DNA of 64,000 bases from an uncultured Roseburia sp. (GTDB lineage Bacteria; Bacillota; Clostridia; Lachnospirales; Lachnospiraceae): positions 15,366-79,365 of the forward strand of contig CAZAMD010000003.1 in the NCBI GenBank assembly GCA_964486485.1. The letters run 5' to 3'. Below, one piece after another: positions 40,663 through 51,339 of the stretch (position 1 is its first letter; every line of letters starts with the position of its first letter). Below the pieces are notes generated by a model. It searched no databases and was not told the DNA's origin. It was given only the letters and a program-made list of their open reading frames with translations. The translations under genes were made by a program, and so were the position numbers.

Positions 40663-41535
40663 CTAACGGCAGTCGCCGAAGTAGAAGAGCGCCACCGTTC
40701 CCGGACCGGAGTGGGAGCCGATGGTAGGTCCGATATAATCGATGAGGAAATGCTCGAGCCCCAGCCGTTCTTTGATCAGATCGGCCACAAACTGGGCATC
40801 GGAGGCACAGTCCCCGTGGCTGATGCATACAAGGTTATTTTTGTCCTTCCAGGAGCCGATCTGCCGCTCCATGCAGTCCACAAGCCCGATCAGGGATTTT
40901 TTGCGCCCGCGCACCTTGTTCATCAGTACCAGATGGCCCTCATTATCTACATGGAGAACCGGCTTTAAGTTGATCATCGTCCCTAAGACGGCGGCAGTTT
41001 TTGAGAGGCGTCCTCCCCGGTGCAGATGGAACAGATCGTCTACCGTAAAATTGGAGACCAGATGCAGCTTGTTCTCTTCCAGCCAGGAAACGATCTCTTC
41101 TAGGGATTTCCCCTCCTCTTTCATCGTCACTGCCTGATGGACAAGGAGGCCTTCCCCGAGCGTAGCGCCGAGGGAATCCACGACTATGATGCGGGTGCCG
41201 GGGTGTTTTTCACATACTTCCTCTGCGGCCAGGCGGCAGTTATTGAAGCTCCCGCTCATGCCGGAGGAAAAAGCGATATGGAGAATGTCCACGTCCTGCT
41301 CCGTTAAGATGTCCTCAAACATCTTTGCTGCCTCCTGCGGATTTACCTGAGAGGTGGTGGGCAGAGAGCCGGCTCTCATTTTATCGTAAAATTCTTTTAC
41401 CGGCATGGGATTCTCCAAAGTATAAGTCACGCCTTCCATCGTATAGGGCAGGGACATCAAGCGCAGGTCATGCTTCTTTACATACTCCGCAGGCAGGTCT
41501 GCGGTAGTATCCGTTGTGATAATAAAATCTTTCAT
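40663..41535 (-). CDS. DegV family fatty-acid-binding protein
   Basis: ITTDTTADL, PTTSQ, SSGMSGS, HLHRGGR, HSGPG. Confidence 0.93.
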   Translation of the reverse strand: MKDFIITTDTTADLPAEYVKKHDLRLMSLPYTMEGVTYTLENPMPVKEFYDKMRAGSLPTTSQVNPQEAAKMFEDILTEQDVDILHIAFSSGMSGSFNNCRLAAEEVCEKHPGTRIIVVDSLGATLGEGLLVHQAVTMKEEGKSLEEIVSWLEENKLHLVSNFTVDDLFHLHRGGRLSKTAAVLGTMINLKPVLHVDNEGHLVLMNKVRGRKKSLIGLVDCMERQIGSWKDKNNLVCISHGDCASDAQFVADLIKERLGLEHFLIDYIGPTIGSHSGPGTVALFYFGDCR

Positions 41536-41693
41536 TCAGCCCTCCTTGTCTGCTTCCGTTGCAAATGCGGATGATACGCCGGGCGGGGATCATCCATATG
41601 GGTTGTTCTGTAAAATCTATCCTATATGATATAGGAAAAAAAGAAAAGAAACAAGAGGAAAAGCATTGTTTTAAAAAGAATACAAAAAAGGTA

Positions 41694-41722
41694 TTTACAT
41701 TTTTAGTACAATGGGGTAAGAT
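41694..41722 (+). promoter_or_regulatory. putative sigmaA promoter of Tad-like locus
   Basis: TTTACA-17bp-TAAGAT, ~430 bp upstream of first pilin-like gene. Confidence 0.5.
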
Positions 41723-41872
41723 ATAAATATCTTTTTATCAATTTTGTGGACTGATCAGATGCATCCCTGCGGATATCTTCCGTTTGCCTGCAGGAGACAG
41801 AGGTCCGTATCGTGCGGGGGCAGAGTCCCTCATCTATTTATGATCCCAAGATACCCAGTCAAGCGAAAATCG

Positions 41873-41980
41873 GGAAGTCCTTGTGCGCGGGAAGCTGCGC
41901 CTGCCGCGGAATCCGGGCGGAAACATGGAAGTCCTTGTGCGCAGGAAACCGCGCCTGCCGCAGAATCCGTGTGAAAACGA
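41873..41980 (+). repeat. 54-bp direct tandem duplication
   Basis: GGAAGTCCTTGTGCGCRGGAA..GCGCCTGCCGCRGAATCCG.. at 41873 and 41927. Confidence 0.85.
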
Positions 41981-42151
41981 GGAAAAGCGATGCATCAGGC
42001 TTAGAACGGAAAAACCGGAAAAAACAATAAGAAAATAAAAAAACGTTCCATGCAGCGCAGCATGCGCGCCATGTCTGCGCGGCAGGGGGAGGAAGATGGA
42101 AGCCCGCTCCGTAGCTGCGGGGCATGGAACAATTGCGATCGGAGGTAAATT

Positions 42152-42334
42152 ATGGAACAGGTAATGAAACATTATGGAAGCGCGATCCTTGCGGTGATAG
42201 TATTGCTGGCCTTAGGCGCCATTATCGCGGCGGCACTCTCATCAGACGGTTATGTGGCCGAGGAGTTTAAGGAAGCCTTGACCGGATTTTTTGATAACAT
42301 GAATGCCATAGGAAAAGGGACGCCGCAGGCTTAA
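42152..42334 (+). CDS. small pilin-like (Flp-like) protein, putative major subunit
   Basis: 60 aa, GGAGG RBS, N-terminal hydrophobic helix then amphipathic tail; first gene before CpaF ATPase. Confidence 0.7.
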   Translation: MEQVMKHYGSAILAVIVLLALGAIIAAALSSDGYVAEEFKEALTGFFDNMNAIGKGTPQA

Positions 42335-42362
42335 GCGGAATGCGTTTCTGACAAGCAAATGG

Positions 42363-42396
42363 ATCATAGAAAGGCCTTTTCGTGCCTTTCTATGAT
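42363..42396 (+). promoter_or_regulatory. perfect 13-bp stem hairpin between pilin-like gene and ATPase
   Basis: ATCATAGAAAGGC-8nt-GCCTTTCTATGAT; no U-tract on + strand. Confidence 0.6.
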
Positions 42397-42416
42397 AAAA
42401 AAGGATTGGAGGTCCA

Positions 42417-43478
42417 ATGAAAGAATTAGTATTTACGCCCAGTGAAGAGCAGTTTGGAGTTTTCTGGAAATATCTCTCGATCCCGGAAGTGACAGATGTG
42501 GACTACAATGGAAAGGAACTGTGGATTACCCACTTGAAAAAGGGCAGATACCGGGCAGAAGAGGAAGTAAGCGAAGCCTTCCTCAGCGCCTTTACGCATC
42601 ATATTTCCAATTGTGTCAACAAGCAGTTTAACAATGCCAATAAAATCTTAGAGGCGGACACGAAGGAGCTGAGGATCAGCATTCTTCACGATTCCGCGGC
42701 AACGTCAGGCATCTCTGTCTGCATCCGCAAATCTCCGGCATTCGTCCGCAACACGATAGACCATATGATAACAAGCGGCTTTTGCCCCGAAAAGATACTG
42801 CATCTGCTCATCAACTGCGTTCTGGCAAAAATGAATTTCATATTTGGAGGGGAGCCGGGAGCGGGAAAAACGGAGTGCGCCAAATTTTTTATGCAGTTTA
42901 TCCCAAAGGAAGAGCGGGTGATCACCATTGAGGATTCCCTGGAAATCCATTATGCGGATATCAATCCGGGAGCGGATGCGGTGGAGCTGCGGATATCGGC
43001 GGGCTTTACCTATACGGATGCGATCAAAGCCTGCCTGCGGCAGAATCCCAGATGGCTGATGCTATCGGAGGCAAGGTCTGTGGAGGTGACTTCCCTCTTA
43101 GAGCAGTGGAGTACCGGAGTGAACGGGTTTACGACCATTCACTTAGACGATCTGCGGAAGCTGCCGGACCGGATCCAAAATATGATGGATAACGTCAGCG
43201 ATGCGGACCGGATGGAAAATCGGATCTACCGCTATATCAATGTAGGGATTTTGATACGGCGCATGGAATTGCCCGATGGGACCATCCGCCGCTATATGGA
43301 TCAGCTCTGCTTTTATGCCAGAGAGGAAGAAAAAAATAAAGTTTACCTGATGATGAAAGACGGAGAGCTTGTCTCAGAGCAGATACCGCAGGATATCCTG
43401 GAAAGGCTGCGGTACGCGGGGATCGGAAATCCTTATGACTGTAAACAGATGGCAAGGTACCGGAAGGAGGGAAGGTAG
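42417..43478 (+). CDS. CpaF/TadA/VirB11 family secretion ATPase
   Basis: Walker A GEPGAGKT, Asp box TIEDSLEI, LRQNPRWLMLSEAR (Walker B), TTIH. Confidence 0.88.
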   Translation: MKELVFTPSEEQFGVFWKYLSIPEVTDVDYNGKELWITHLKKGRYRAEEEVSEAFLSAFTHHISNCVNKQFNNANKILEADTKELRISILHDSAATSGISVCIRKSPAFVRNTIDHMITSGFCPEKILHLLINCVLAKMNFIFGGEPGAGKTECAKFFMQFIPKEERVITIEDSLEIHYADINPGADAVELRISAGFTYTDAIKACLRQNPRWLMLSEARSVEVTSLLEQWSTGVNGFTTIHLDDLRKLPDRIQNMMDNVSDADRMENRIYRYINVGILIRRMELPDGTIRRYMDQLCFYAREEEKNKVYLMMKDGELVSEQIPQDILERLRYAGIGNPYDCKQMARYRKEGR

Positions 43479-43479
43479 G

Positions 43480-45018
43480 TTGCGCAAAAATGGGGTGGGA
43501 GAAAAAGTAAAGTTACTGAATCTGAAAAATTTAGAGAAAGAAGTGCATAAATATGGCTATCACTGGTCCTGGCAATCCCATGTCCTGCTCACCGCCGGGG
43601 CTTTGCTTGGGATCGGCACTGTTGGGATCGTTTTTCAGCTTAAAATGGGATACTTGGCCGCAGTCATGGCAGTGATGCTGTTTCTGCTTCCGGTGTTTGT
43701 CATAGACGTATTCCGCAAGATGTTTGAGCAGAAGCGGTTTTCTGACGCGGCGACTTATATGGAGCAGATCTTGTATTCTTTCCAGAAATCGGGAAAGGTG
43801 CTGATCGCCCTGAAAGAGACGCGGGAGCTGTTTGAAGAAGGGCGGATGCGCGAAGTGATACAGGAAGCGATCTGGTACATAGAGCAGGGATGCGCGAAGA
43901 CAGAGGGCGGCATTCTGCGGGAGGCGCTCCACCTGATCGAAAAAGCTTACAGATGCAGTAAAATGCGCATGGTGCATGACCTGCTCATCAGCGCGGAACT
44001 CTATGGCGGAGAGACGGGTGAGTCGAGCATGCTCTTGCTGGAAGACTTAGAGCTTTGGAAGCGGAGGGGGTATCAGCTGCAGAAAGATAAAAAAGTCAGC
44101 CATAGGGACAATATCGTGTCCATTGTTGTGGCGACCGTTCTCTCCGCCGCTGCGCTTTATGTGCTGGATGCCATGAAAGGAATGTTTGCGGAGAGAAGTT
44201 CTTCCTTCCAGATATTTCAGGTTGCCGTCATTCAATGTTCTTCTCTGTTCTTCATCTTATTTTCCCTGTTTGTTTTTGCGAAAAGCACAAAAAGCCTCAC
44301 CAGAAACTGGTTAAAAGAGGAGGGGGCGAGAGAGATAAGCTACATTCTGGCAAGCTATCAGATGGTGGTGGGCTATGATGAGGGAAAGGCAAAAAGAAAG
44401 AGTCTTTTCTGGGCGGCTCCTTTTTTCGCGGGGGCGGCAGTCCTCTGCTTTTTTCAGAAGAAATGGTTTTGCGCAGCCTTTCTGGGCGTAGGGAGCTTTT
44501 TGCTCCTGCAGTATAAAGCCGGATATGCCATAGCGAAGAAGGACGTCACAGAAGAGCTCTACATCGCGTTTCCTCAGTGGCTGATGGAGATCGCGCTGCT
44601 GCTGCAGAGCAACAATGTGCAGATGTCCATTCAAAAATCGGTAGGGCAGGCGCCGGAAGTCTTAAGGCCGGAGCTGGAAAAACTGGTGGAGCGGCTGCGG
44701 GAGGAGCCGGATAAGCTGGCATCCTATACGGATTTCTGTAAAGATTTTGATATTCCGGAAGCGGCAAGCTGCATGAAAATGCTCCATGCCATTTCAGAGG
44801 CGGGAACCGGAGATGCCAGAATACAGATGCACGAGCTGATGAAGCGTGTCAGTGAAATGCAGAATATGGCAGATGAGATCAAAAACAGGAATATTTCCTT
44901 TCGGATGAAAATGATATTTTCCTATCCGGTGATCGCAGCTACCGTGAAATTACTGATCGACCTGACCGTTGGAATGTTTTATATGTTCCGCATGTTAGGC
45001 AGTCTGGGAGGTGTCTGA
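43480..45018 (+). CDS. TadB/TadC-like (two platform domains) membrane protein
   Basis: Follows ATPase directly (TTG after GGAAGG); two repeats of TM pair + cytoplasmic helical domain (FSDAATYMEQIL; AFPQWLMEIALLLQ). Confidence 0.62.
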   Translation: MRKNGVGEKVKLLNLKNLEKEVHKYGYHWSWQSHVLLTAGALLGIGTVGIVFQLKMGYLAAVMAVMLFLLPVFVIDVFRKMFEQKRFSDAATYMEQILYSFQKSGKVLIALKETRELFEEGRMREVIQEAIWYIEQGCAKTEGGILREALHLIEKAYRCSKMRMVHDLLISAELYGGETGESSMLLLEDLELWKRRGYQLQKDKKVSHRDNIVSIVVATVLSAAALYVLDAMKGMFAERSSSFQIFQVAVIQCSSLFFILFSLFVFAKSTKSLTRNWLKEEGAREISYILASYQMVVGYDEGKAKRKSLFWAAPFFAGAAVLCFFQKKWFCAAFLGVGSFLLLQYKAGYAIAKKDVTEELYIAFPQWLMEIALLLQSNNVQMSIQKSVGQAPEVLRPELEKLVERLREEPDKLASYTDFCKDFDIPEAASCMKMLHAISEAGTGDARIQMHELMKRVSEMQNMADEIKNRNISFRMKMIFSYPVIAATVKLLIDLTVGMFYMFRMLGSLGGV

Positions 45019-45350
45019 TGAAGCATATCATAAGCGTGTTTGGGACGTTGTTGCTCCTGCTGATAAACGCCTGTGTCTGTATCGGCACGATGACGGCCGC
45101 CAGCGAAACCGCGGCGGCAAAGGAATACAAAGCGGATGTCATAGCGGAAATCGAGAACAGCAATTTCAATCCGAGGGTCATCACGTCATGCATCGCTCAG
45201 GCAGAGAATGCCGGATATAAGATGGAAGTAAAGAAATCCGTGGATGTGAACAATGAAGTAAAGACGGCGGAAGTGGTGCTGTCCTACTCTTATGAAATAC
45301 CCATCTTCGGGATCTCACAGACGAAAACGACAAGGGGGATCGCCAGATGA
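45018..45350 (+). CDS. single-pass pilin-like/TadE-like protein
   Basis: Overlapping TGATG coupling; N-terminal TM; C-terminal beta segment SYSYEIPIFG. Confidence 0.65.
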   Translation: MKHIISVFGTLLLLLINACVCIGTMTAASETAAAKEYKADVIAEIENSNFNPRVITSCIAQAENAGYKMEVKKSVDVNNEVKTAEVVLSYSYEIPIFGISQTKTTRGIAR

Positions 45351-45404
45351 GTCGGAGGAGAGAGCCAGAGGAACTGACAGATCATAGATTGGAAGGGGGA
45401 TAAC

Positions 45405-45512
45405 ATGAATCAGATCGTTTCAGAAATAGGAGAAGCCCTCGCGGCAATTTTATCAGGAACCGCGGTGCTGTCCGTGTTTGCGGCAGTGCTGCATTATGCC
45501 ACATCATTTTAA
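45405..45512 (+). CDS. 35-aa hydrophobic pilin-like microprotein (not in ORF track)
   Basis: MNQIVSEIGEALAAILSGTAVLSVFAAVLHYATSF; AAGGGGG RBS. Confidence 0.6.
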   Translation: MNQIVSEIGEALAAILSGTAVLSVFAAVLHYATSF

Positions 45513-45530
45513 GAAAGGGGAGAGGCCGCG

Positions 45531-45677
45531 ATGGAAGAAGTCATAGAACACTTTGGGGAGAGCCTGCTCTGCCTGCTCTCGGGGGCGGTTCTCCTGCGGT
45601 TTTTTGCCGCCTGCCTAAAAGAGGGCGGCATCTTGTGTGAATTAGTCAGGAATTTTATGGAAAGCATCTGCGGCTAG
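45531..45677 (+). CDS. 48-aa pilin-like microprotein (not in ORF track)
   Basis: MEEVIEHFGESLLCLLSGAVLLRFFAACLKEGGILCELVRNFMESICG; GGAGAGG RBS; similar layout to the 42152 protein. Confidence 0.68.
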   Translation: MEEVIEHFGESLLCLLSGAVLLRFFAACLKEGGILCELVRNFMESICG

Positions 45678-45741
45678 GCGCGTATCTATACGGGCCAGCC
45701 GCGGTTTGGAGGAGAAGATTGAAAATCGAAATTTTCAATCT

Positions 45742-45781
45742 TTTATGGAAAGACCGCCTGACGGCGGCAGAATGAGAGGAA
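45742..45781 (+). repeat. 40-bp RBS-containing dispersed motif, copy 1
   Basis: TTTATGGAAAGACCGCCTGACGGCGGCAGAATGAGAGGAA. Confidence 0.85.
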
Positions 45782-45783
45782 AG

Positions 45784-46281
45784 ATGGAACACATAATACA
45801 GATCTATGGAAAAGTTTTTGTCAGCGCGGCAGCGGCAGTGTTATTGGCTGCGCTTCTGCTTGGGAGGATAAGCGACAGGCAGGGGAATCAGGGGATTCTC
45901 TCAATGGCTGGCGCTCATCTGTCTGCGGTCCTGCCGCCTTCCGGGACTCCGGAAGAATTCCGCACCGTGGATGCGGAAAATCAAAAGAAAGCGCCGGAAA
46001 TCTTGTTTCAGCAGAAAGATTCTTTTTACGCTGGGAAGATAAAGATCCTGGAATGGATAAAGGCGGTGGACTATCAGGGGAGGGAGCTTCCGGTAAGGCT
46101 ATTAAAGCTGGAAAATCCCGATGGAGACGACATCACAGGGCAGTATCATAAGGAGGACGGGTGGCTGGAAATGACAATGCCGGGCATCTATACGATGACA
46201 GTGTGGGCGTTGGATGAGGATAACCGGAAGACCGTAGCGGCCATTCATCTGCCCGTAAATCCGGTAAGGAGGCTCTCTTGA
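45784..46281 (+). CDS. single-pass protein with Ig-like C-terminal domain (minor pilin-like)
   Basis: MEHIIQIYGK + TM; KAVDYQG...PGIYTMTVWALDEDN beta-sandwich pattern. Confidence 0.65.
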   Translation: MEHIIQIYGKVFVSAAAAVLLAALLLGRISDRQGNQGILSMAGAHLSAVLPPSGTPEEFRTVDAENQKKAPEILFQQKDSFYAGKIKILEWIKAVDYQGRELPVRLLKLENPDGDDITGQYHKEDGWLEMTMPGIYTMTVWALDEDNRKTVAAIHLPVNPVRRLS

Positions 46282-46886
46282 AAAATATCGCTGCCATGAT
46301 CACAACTATCATGCTGGGCGTGCTGCTGCTTTTGGTCGTGCTGTCGCTGGCAGGCAGGATGAATCGGAGTGCGGAGCTGGAAAGCAATCTGGCTTCCGTG
46401 GTGGAAGAAACCGTGGAAAACATGGCGCTTGATCCCAAGTATGAGATCCATAACGAAAAGGAGTTTCTTTCCGATTTCACAGAGCATCTGTCCGCGAGAT
46501 TAGATGCCTCCGCCGAGGTTTGCGTCGAGATTGAGAAAGCGGGGGAGAAAGAGGGCATTTTGTCTGTGAAAGTGACAGAAACATTTTTGCATCCCAACGG
46601 AAAATCGGGAACGGTATCGTGTCACCGTACAGTCATTTTAGAGAAATGCCGGGAAGAGGAAGCGCAGGAGATTGCGATAACATTCTATTCGTCAAAAGAA
46701 GAGATGGAAAAGGGGGGAATCTGCTATAAATCTTATCGTATAAAGAAAGGAAGCAGGATCCTTTCACCGCTGCCTCCGGAAAAGGCGGGAAAGACGTTTG
46801 ACGGCTGGCGGGATGCGGCGGGAAACAGGGCGGATCTTTCAGCGGCTGTAAAACAGGATAGCAGTTATTATGCCGCATGGAAATAA
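46278..46886 (+). CDS. single-pass protein with C-terminal InlB B-repeat-like (Listeria-Bacteroides repeat) domain
   Basis: N-terminal TM; P.KAGKTFDGW...YYAAWK. Confidence 0.65.
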   Translation: MKNIAAMITTIMLGVLLLLVVLSLAGRMNRSAELESNLASVVEETVENMALDPKYEIHNEKEFLSDFTEHLSARLDASAEVCVEIEKAGEKEGILSVKVTETFLHPNGKSGTVSCHRTVILEKCREEEAQEIAITFYSSKEEMEKGGICYKSYRIKKGSRILSPLPPEKAGKTFDGWRDAAGNRADLSAAVKQDSSYYAAWK

Positions 46887-46915
46887 GACGGATTTTATGA
46901 AAAGGAGGAGAAGGG

Positions 46916-47089
46916 ATGGTTTTTATTATCATATGTCTGATGGCAATTTTGATAGTAGCAATGGCATGTTTCCTGGTAATTGGCATAGCGGTTTTCTGTA
47001 TAGGAGCAAAAACGCTTTCAAATAAAGGAGCTGATAATAGAGGAGCTGATTTTACACTCCCAACAAAAAGATCAACCCGATTTTTATAA
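46916..47089 (+). CDS. 57-aa hydrophobic small protein (not in ORF track)
   Basis: MVFIIICLMAILIVAMACFLVIGIAVFCIGAKTLSNK...; AAGGAG RBS. Confidence 0.5.
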   Translation: MVFIIICLMAILIVAMACFLVIGIAVFCIGAKTLSNKGADNRGADFTLPTKRSTRFL

Positions 47090-47111
47090 AGGGTTGACCT
47101 CTCTGTTTTTT
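47064..47111. terminator. terminator ending Tad-like operon
   Basis: TCAACCC...GGGTTGA stem with flanking A- and T-tracts. Confidence 0.55.
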
Positions 47112-47112
47112 A

Positions 47113-47292
47113 GTAACAGTTCAGCCATAAGCAGACTTGCGGGCGAATCATGCTTGCATGAAGGAGCACGCAAGAATGCTTATGAGCGGGACGCCATCTT
47201 ATGAGCAATCCGCTTGCAAAGCAAGAAACTTGCTTTTTGCAAGCTTTGAAGCACGCAGTGCGGGATTGCGAATGGCGGCGCTGAACTGTTAC
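47113..47292. mobile_element. 180-bp MITE copy 2 (8-bp TSD GTTTTTTA)
   Basis: Same TIRs; GTTTTTTA at 47105-47112 and 47293-47300; one visible substitution relative to copy 1. Confidence 0.9.
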
Positions 47293-47297
47293 GTTTT

Positions 47298-48581
47298 TTA
47301 TTCCTCGATAGTAACCATATCCGAAGGAACTTCCGGTTTTTTGATGTATATTTTTTCGATACGGTTCTTGTCCATCTGCTCTACCCGCAAAAGAATGTTG
47401 TCGTCTGTGACGATCACTTCATTTTTTTCCGGCAGATGATCCAGCAGACCGATCAGATAGCCGCCGATGGTATCATAGTCTTCAGAGATAAAAGGCAGAT
47501 CCAGCTTTTCACACAGATCGCCCAGATTGGTAGAGCCATGTACGATAAATTCACGCTCATTCAGCTGCACGATGGGGTCTTCCTCGTCCTCGTCGTACTC
47601 GTCACGGATCTCTCCCACGATCTCCTCCAGCAGGTCCTCCATGGTGATCAGGCCGGCGGTGACGCCGTACTCATCAAGGACGATGGCAAGGGAAACGGAA
47701 GATTTCCGCAGATCCATCAAAAGCTCGGCGGTGTTTTTGTGTTCGTAAGTAAAATAAGGCTCCCGCATGATGGAACGGACGGAAAAATGTTCCTTGTCCG
47801 TGCATAAAATGAGATCTTTGACATTGACAATGCCAATGACGTCGTCAATGGACTCCTCATAGACCGGAAGCCGCGTGAACCGGTCTTTCTTATAAAGCTC
47901 GATCAGTTCGTCATAAGTACTGTCTACATGGACGAAGGTCATATCGATGCGCGGGATCATCACTTCCTTTGCCTGGGAATCTCCGAAATCAAAGAGATTG
48001 TTGATCATCTCATGCTCGTCGGATTCTATGACGCCGGTTTCTCTGCTGACATCTACAATGGTGCGCAGCTCTTCCTCGGTCATCTGCTGGGCCACATTGT
48101 TGGGGTTGACCCGCAGAAGCCGCAGAAATCCCAAGGAAATGTGATTGATCAAAAAAATGACCGGAGTGAGGATCTTCATTAAAACACCGATGGCGCCCGC
48201 ATAGCGTAAAGAGATCTTTTCGGAATGTATGGTTGCCAGAGTCTTAGGGGAAATTTCACCAAATATCAAAATAAGAAGCGTCAGAACTCCGGTAGCAATC
48301 CCGGCTCCTATGCTGCCCCACCATCTGAGTGCAAGGGAAGTCGCGAGGGAGGAAGCGGAAAGATTGACGATATTGTTTCCGATCAAAATAGCACTGAGCA
48401 TCTTGCCGGAATCTTCGGTGATGCTGAGTACCCGCTTTGCCCGTTTGTCCCCGGCTTCTGCGAGGGTCCGGATGCGTATCTTATTTGATGTGGTCAGAGC
48501 TGTTTCTGCGGAAGAGAAAAATGCAGAAAGGATCAATAAAAGAATTAAAATGATAATCTGGGGTATGGCGTCTGCGTCCAA
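47298..48581 (-). CDS. HlyC/CorC (CNNM + CBS) family transporter
   Basis: SAFFSSAETAL, FGEISPK, EVMIPR, DEYG...EDLLEEIVGEI, TIGG. Confidence 0.93.
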   Translation of the reverse strand: MDADAIPQIIILILLLILSAFFSSAETALTTSNKIRIRTLAEAGDKRAKRVLSITEDSGKMLSAILIGNNIVNLSASSLATSLALRWWGSIGAGIATGVLTLLILIFGEISPKTLATIHSEKISLRYAGAIGVLMKILTPVIFLINHISLGFLRLLRVNPNNVAQQMTEEELRTIVDVSRETGVIESDEHEMINNLFDFGDSQAKEVMIPRIDMTFVHVDSTYDELIELYKKDRFTRLPVYEESIDDVIGIVNVKDLILCTDKEHFSVRSIMREPYFTYEHKNTAELLMDLRKSSVSLAIVLDEYGVTAGLITMEDLLEEIVGEIRDEYDEDEEDPIVQLNEREFIVHGSTNLGDLCEKLDLPFISEDYDTIGGYLIGLLDHLPEKNEVIVTDDNILLRVEQMDKNRIEKIYIKKPEVPSDMVTIEE

Positions 48582-48669
48582 AAATATTCACCTCATCTAA
48601 AATATATATTTTCCGGCACTGTATCGGTGCCGGAATGCTAAATTGCTTATTATTATATACGGAAAGCGC

Positions 48670-50421
<1,752 letters not shown>

Positions 50422-50508
50422 ACGGTGCCTGCCCAAATGGATATTCACAAATGCAGGAATGTATGCTATGATGGCAGCAGGCGCAAAAACGCGCCGCGCA
50501 AAGTCCCC

Positions 50509-50548
50509 TTTATGGAAAGACCGCCTGACAGCGGCAGAATGAGAGGAA
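50509..50548 (+). repeat. 40-bp RBS-containing dispersed motif, copy 2
   Basis: TTTATGGAAAGACCGCCTGACAGCGGCAGAATGAGAGGAA (1 mismatch to copy 1). Confidence 0.85.
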
Positions 50549-50550
50549 AA

Positions 50551-51330
50551 ATGGAATTTCGGCCCTGTATAGATATTCACAATGGGAAAGTAAAGCAGAT
50601 TGTGGGAGGAACCCTAAAAGATGCGGGCAGCCTGGCAAAGGAAAATTTTGTTTCCGGGCAGGATGCGGCATATTATGCCAGACTCTACCAAAGGCAAGGG
50701 ATCCGGGGCGGCCATGTCATCTTGCTGAATCCCGCGGGCAGCGAATACTATGAAGCCACAAAAAAACAGGCCTTGGGGGCATTGAACGCATATGCGGGCG
50801 GCCTGCAGGCTGGCGGAGGGATCACGGCGGAGAACGCAGAGGCGTTTTTAAACGCCGGAGCCAGCCATGTCATCGTGACCTCTTATGTCTTTGAGGGCGG
50901 CAAGATACATTATGAGAATCTTGAGAAATTAAGGCGGACCGTGGGGAAAGAGCATCTGGTGCTGGATTTAAGCTGCCGAAAAAGGAACGGTTCTTATCAT
51001 ATCGTGACAGATCGCTGGCAGCGGTTTACAGAGGAAACTGTCCGGGAGGAACTGCTAGAGGAGCTCTCATCATACTGTGATGAATTTCTGGTCCATGCGG
51101 TGGATGCAGAGGGAAAAGCCTCCGGCATTGAGGAGGAACTGGCAGGGATCCTTGGAACATGGGGGAAAATCCCCATTACCTACGCGGGCGGCGTGGGAAG
51201 CTTTTCGGATCTTGCCCTGCTGCGGAAAGCGGGGAGGAACAGGCTGCATGTGACCATCGGGAGCGCCCTGGATCTATTTGGCGGGCCGATGCCATATGAG
51301 GAAGTGCTCGATTATATCGGTAAGGAGTGA
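50551..51330 (+). CDS. hisA: ProFAR isomerase, eukaryote His6-like type
   Basis: FRPCIDIHNGKVKQIVGG, LVLDLSCR, HAVDAEG, TIGSALDLFGG. Confidence 0.9.
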   Translation: MEFRPCIDIHNGKVKQIVGGTLKDAGSLAKENFVSGQDAAYYARLYQRQGIRGGHVILLNPAGSEYYEATKKQALGALNAYAGGLQAGGGITAENAEAFLNAGASHVIVTSYVFEGGKIHYENLEKLRRTVGKEHLVLDLSCRKRNGSYHIVTDRWQRFTEETVREELLEELSSYCDEFLVHAVDAEGKASGIEEELAGILGTWGKIPITYAGGVGSFSDLALLRKAGRNRLHVTIGSALDLFGGPMPYEEVLDYIGKE

Positions 51331-51339
51331 TGAGAGGGT

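Noticed and set aside
42417-43478. VirB11 as part of a conjugative T4SS/ICE
   Set aside because: No VirB4, VirD4, relaxase or integrase nearby; the neighbours are platform-like and pilin-like genes in a housekeeping context.
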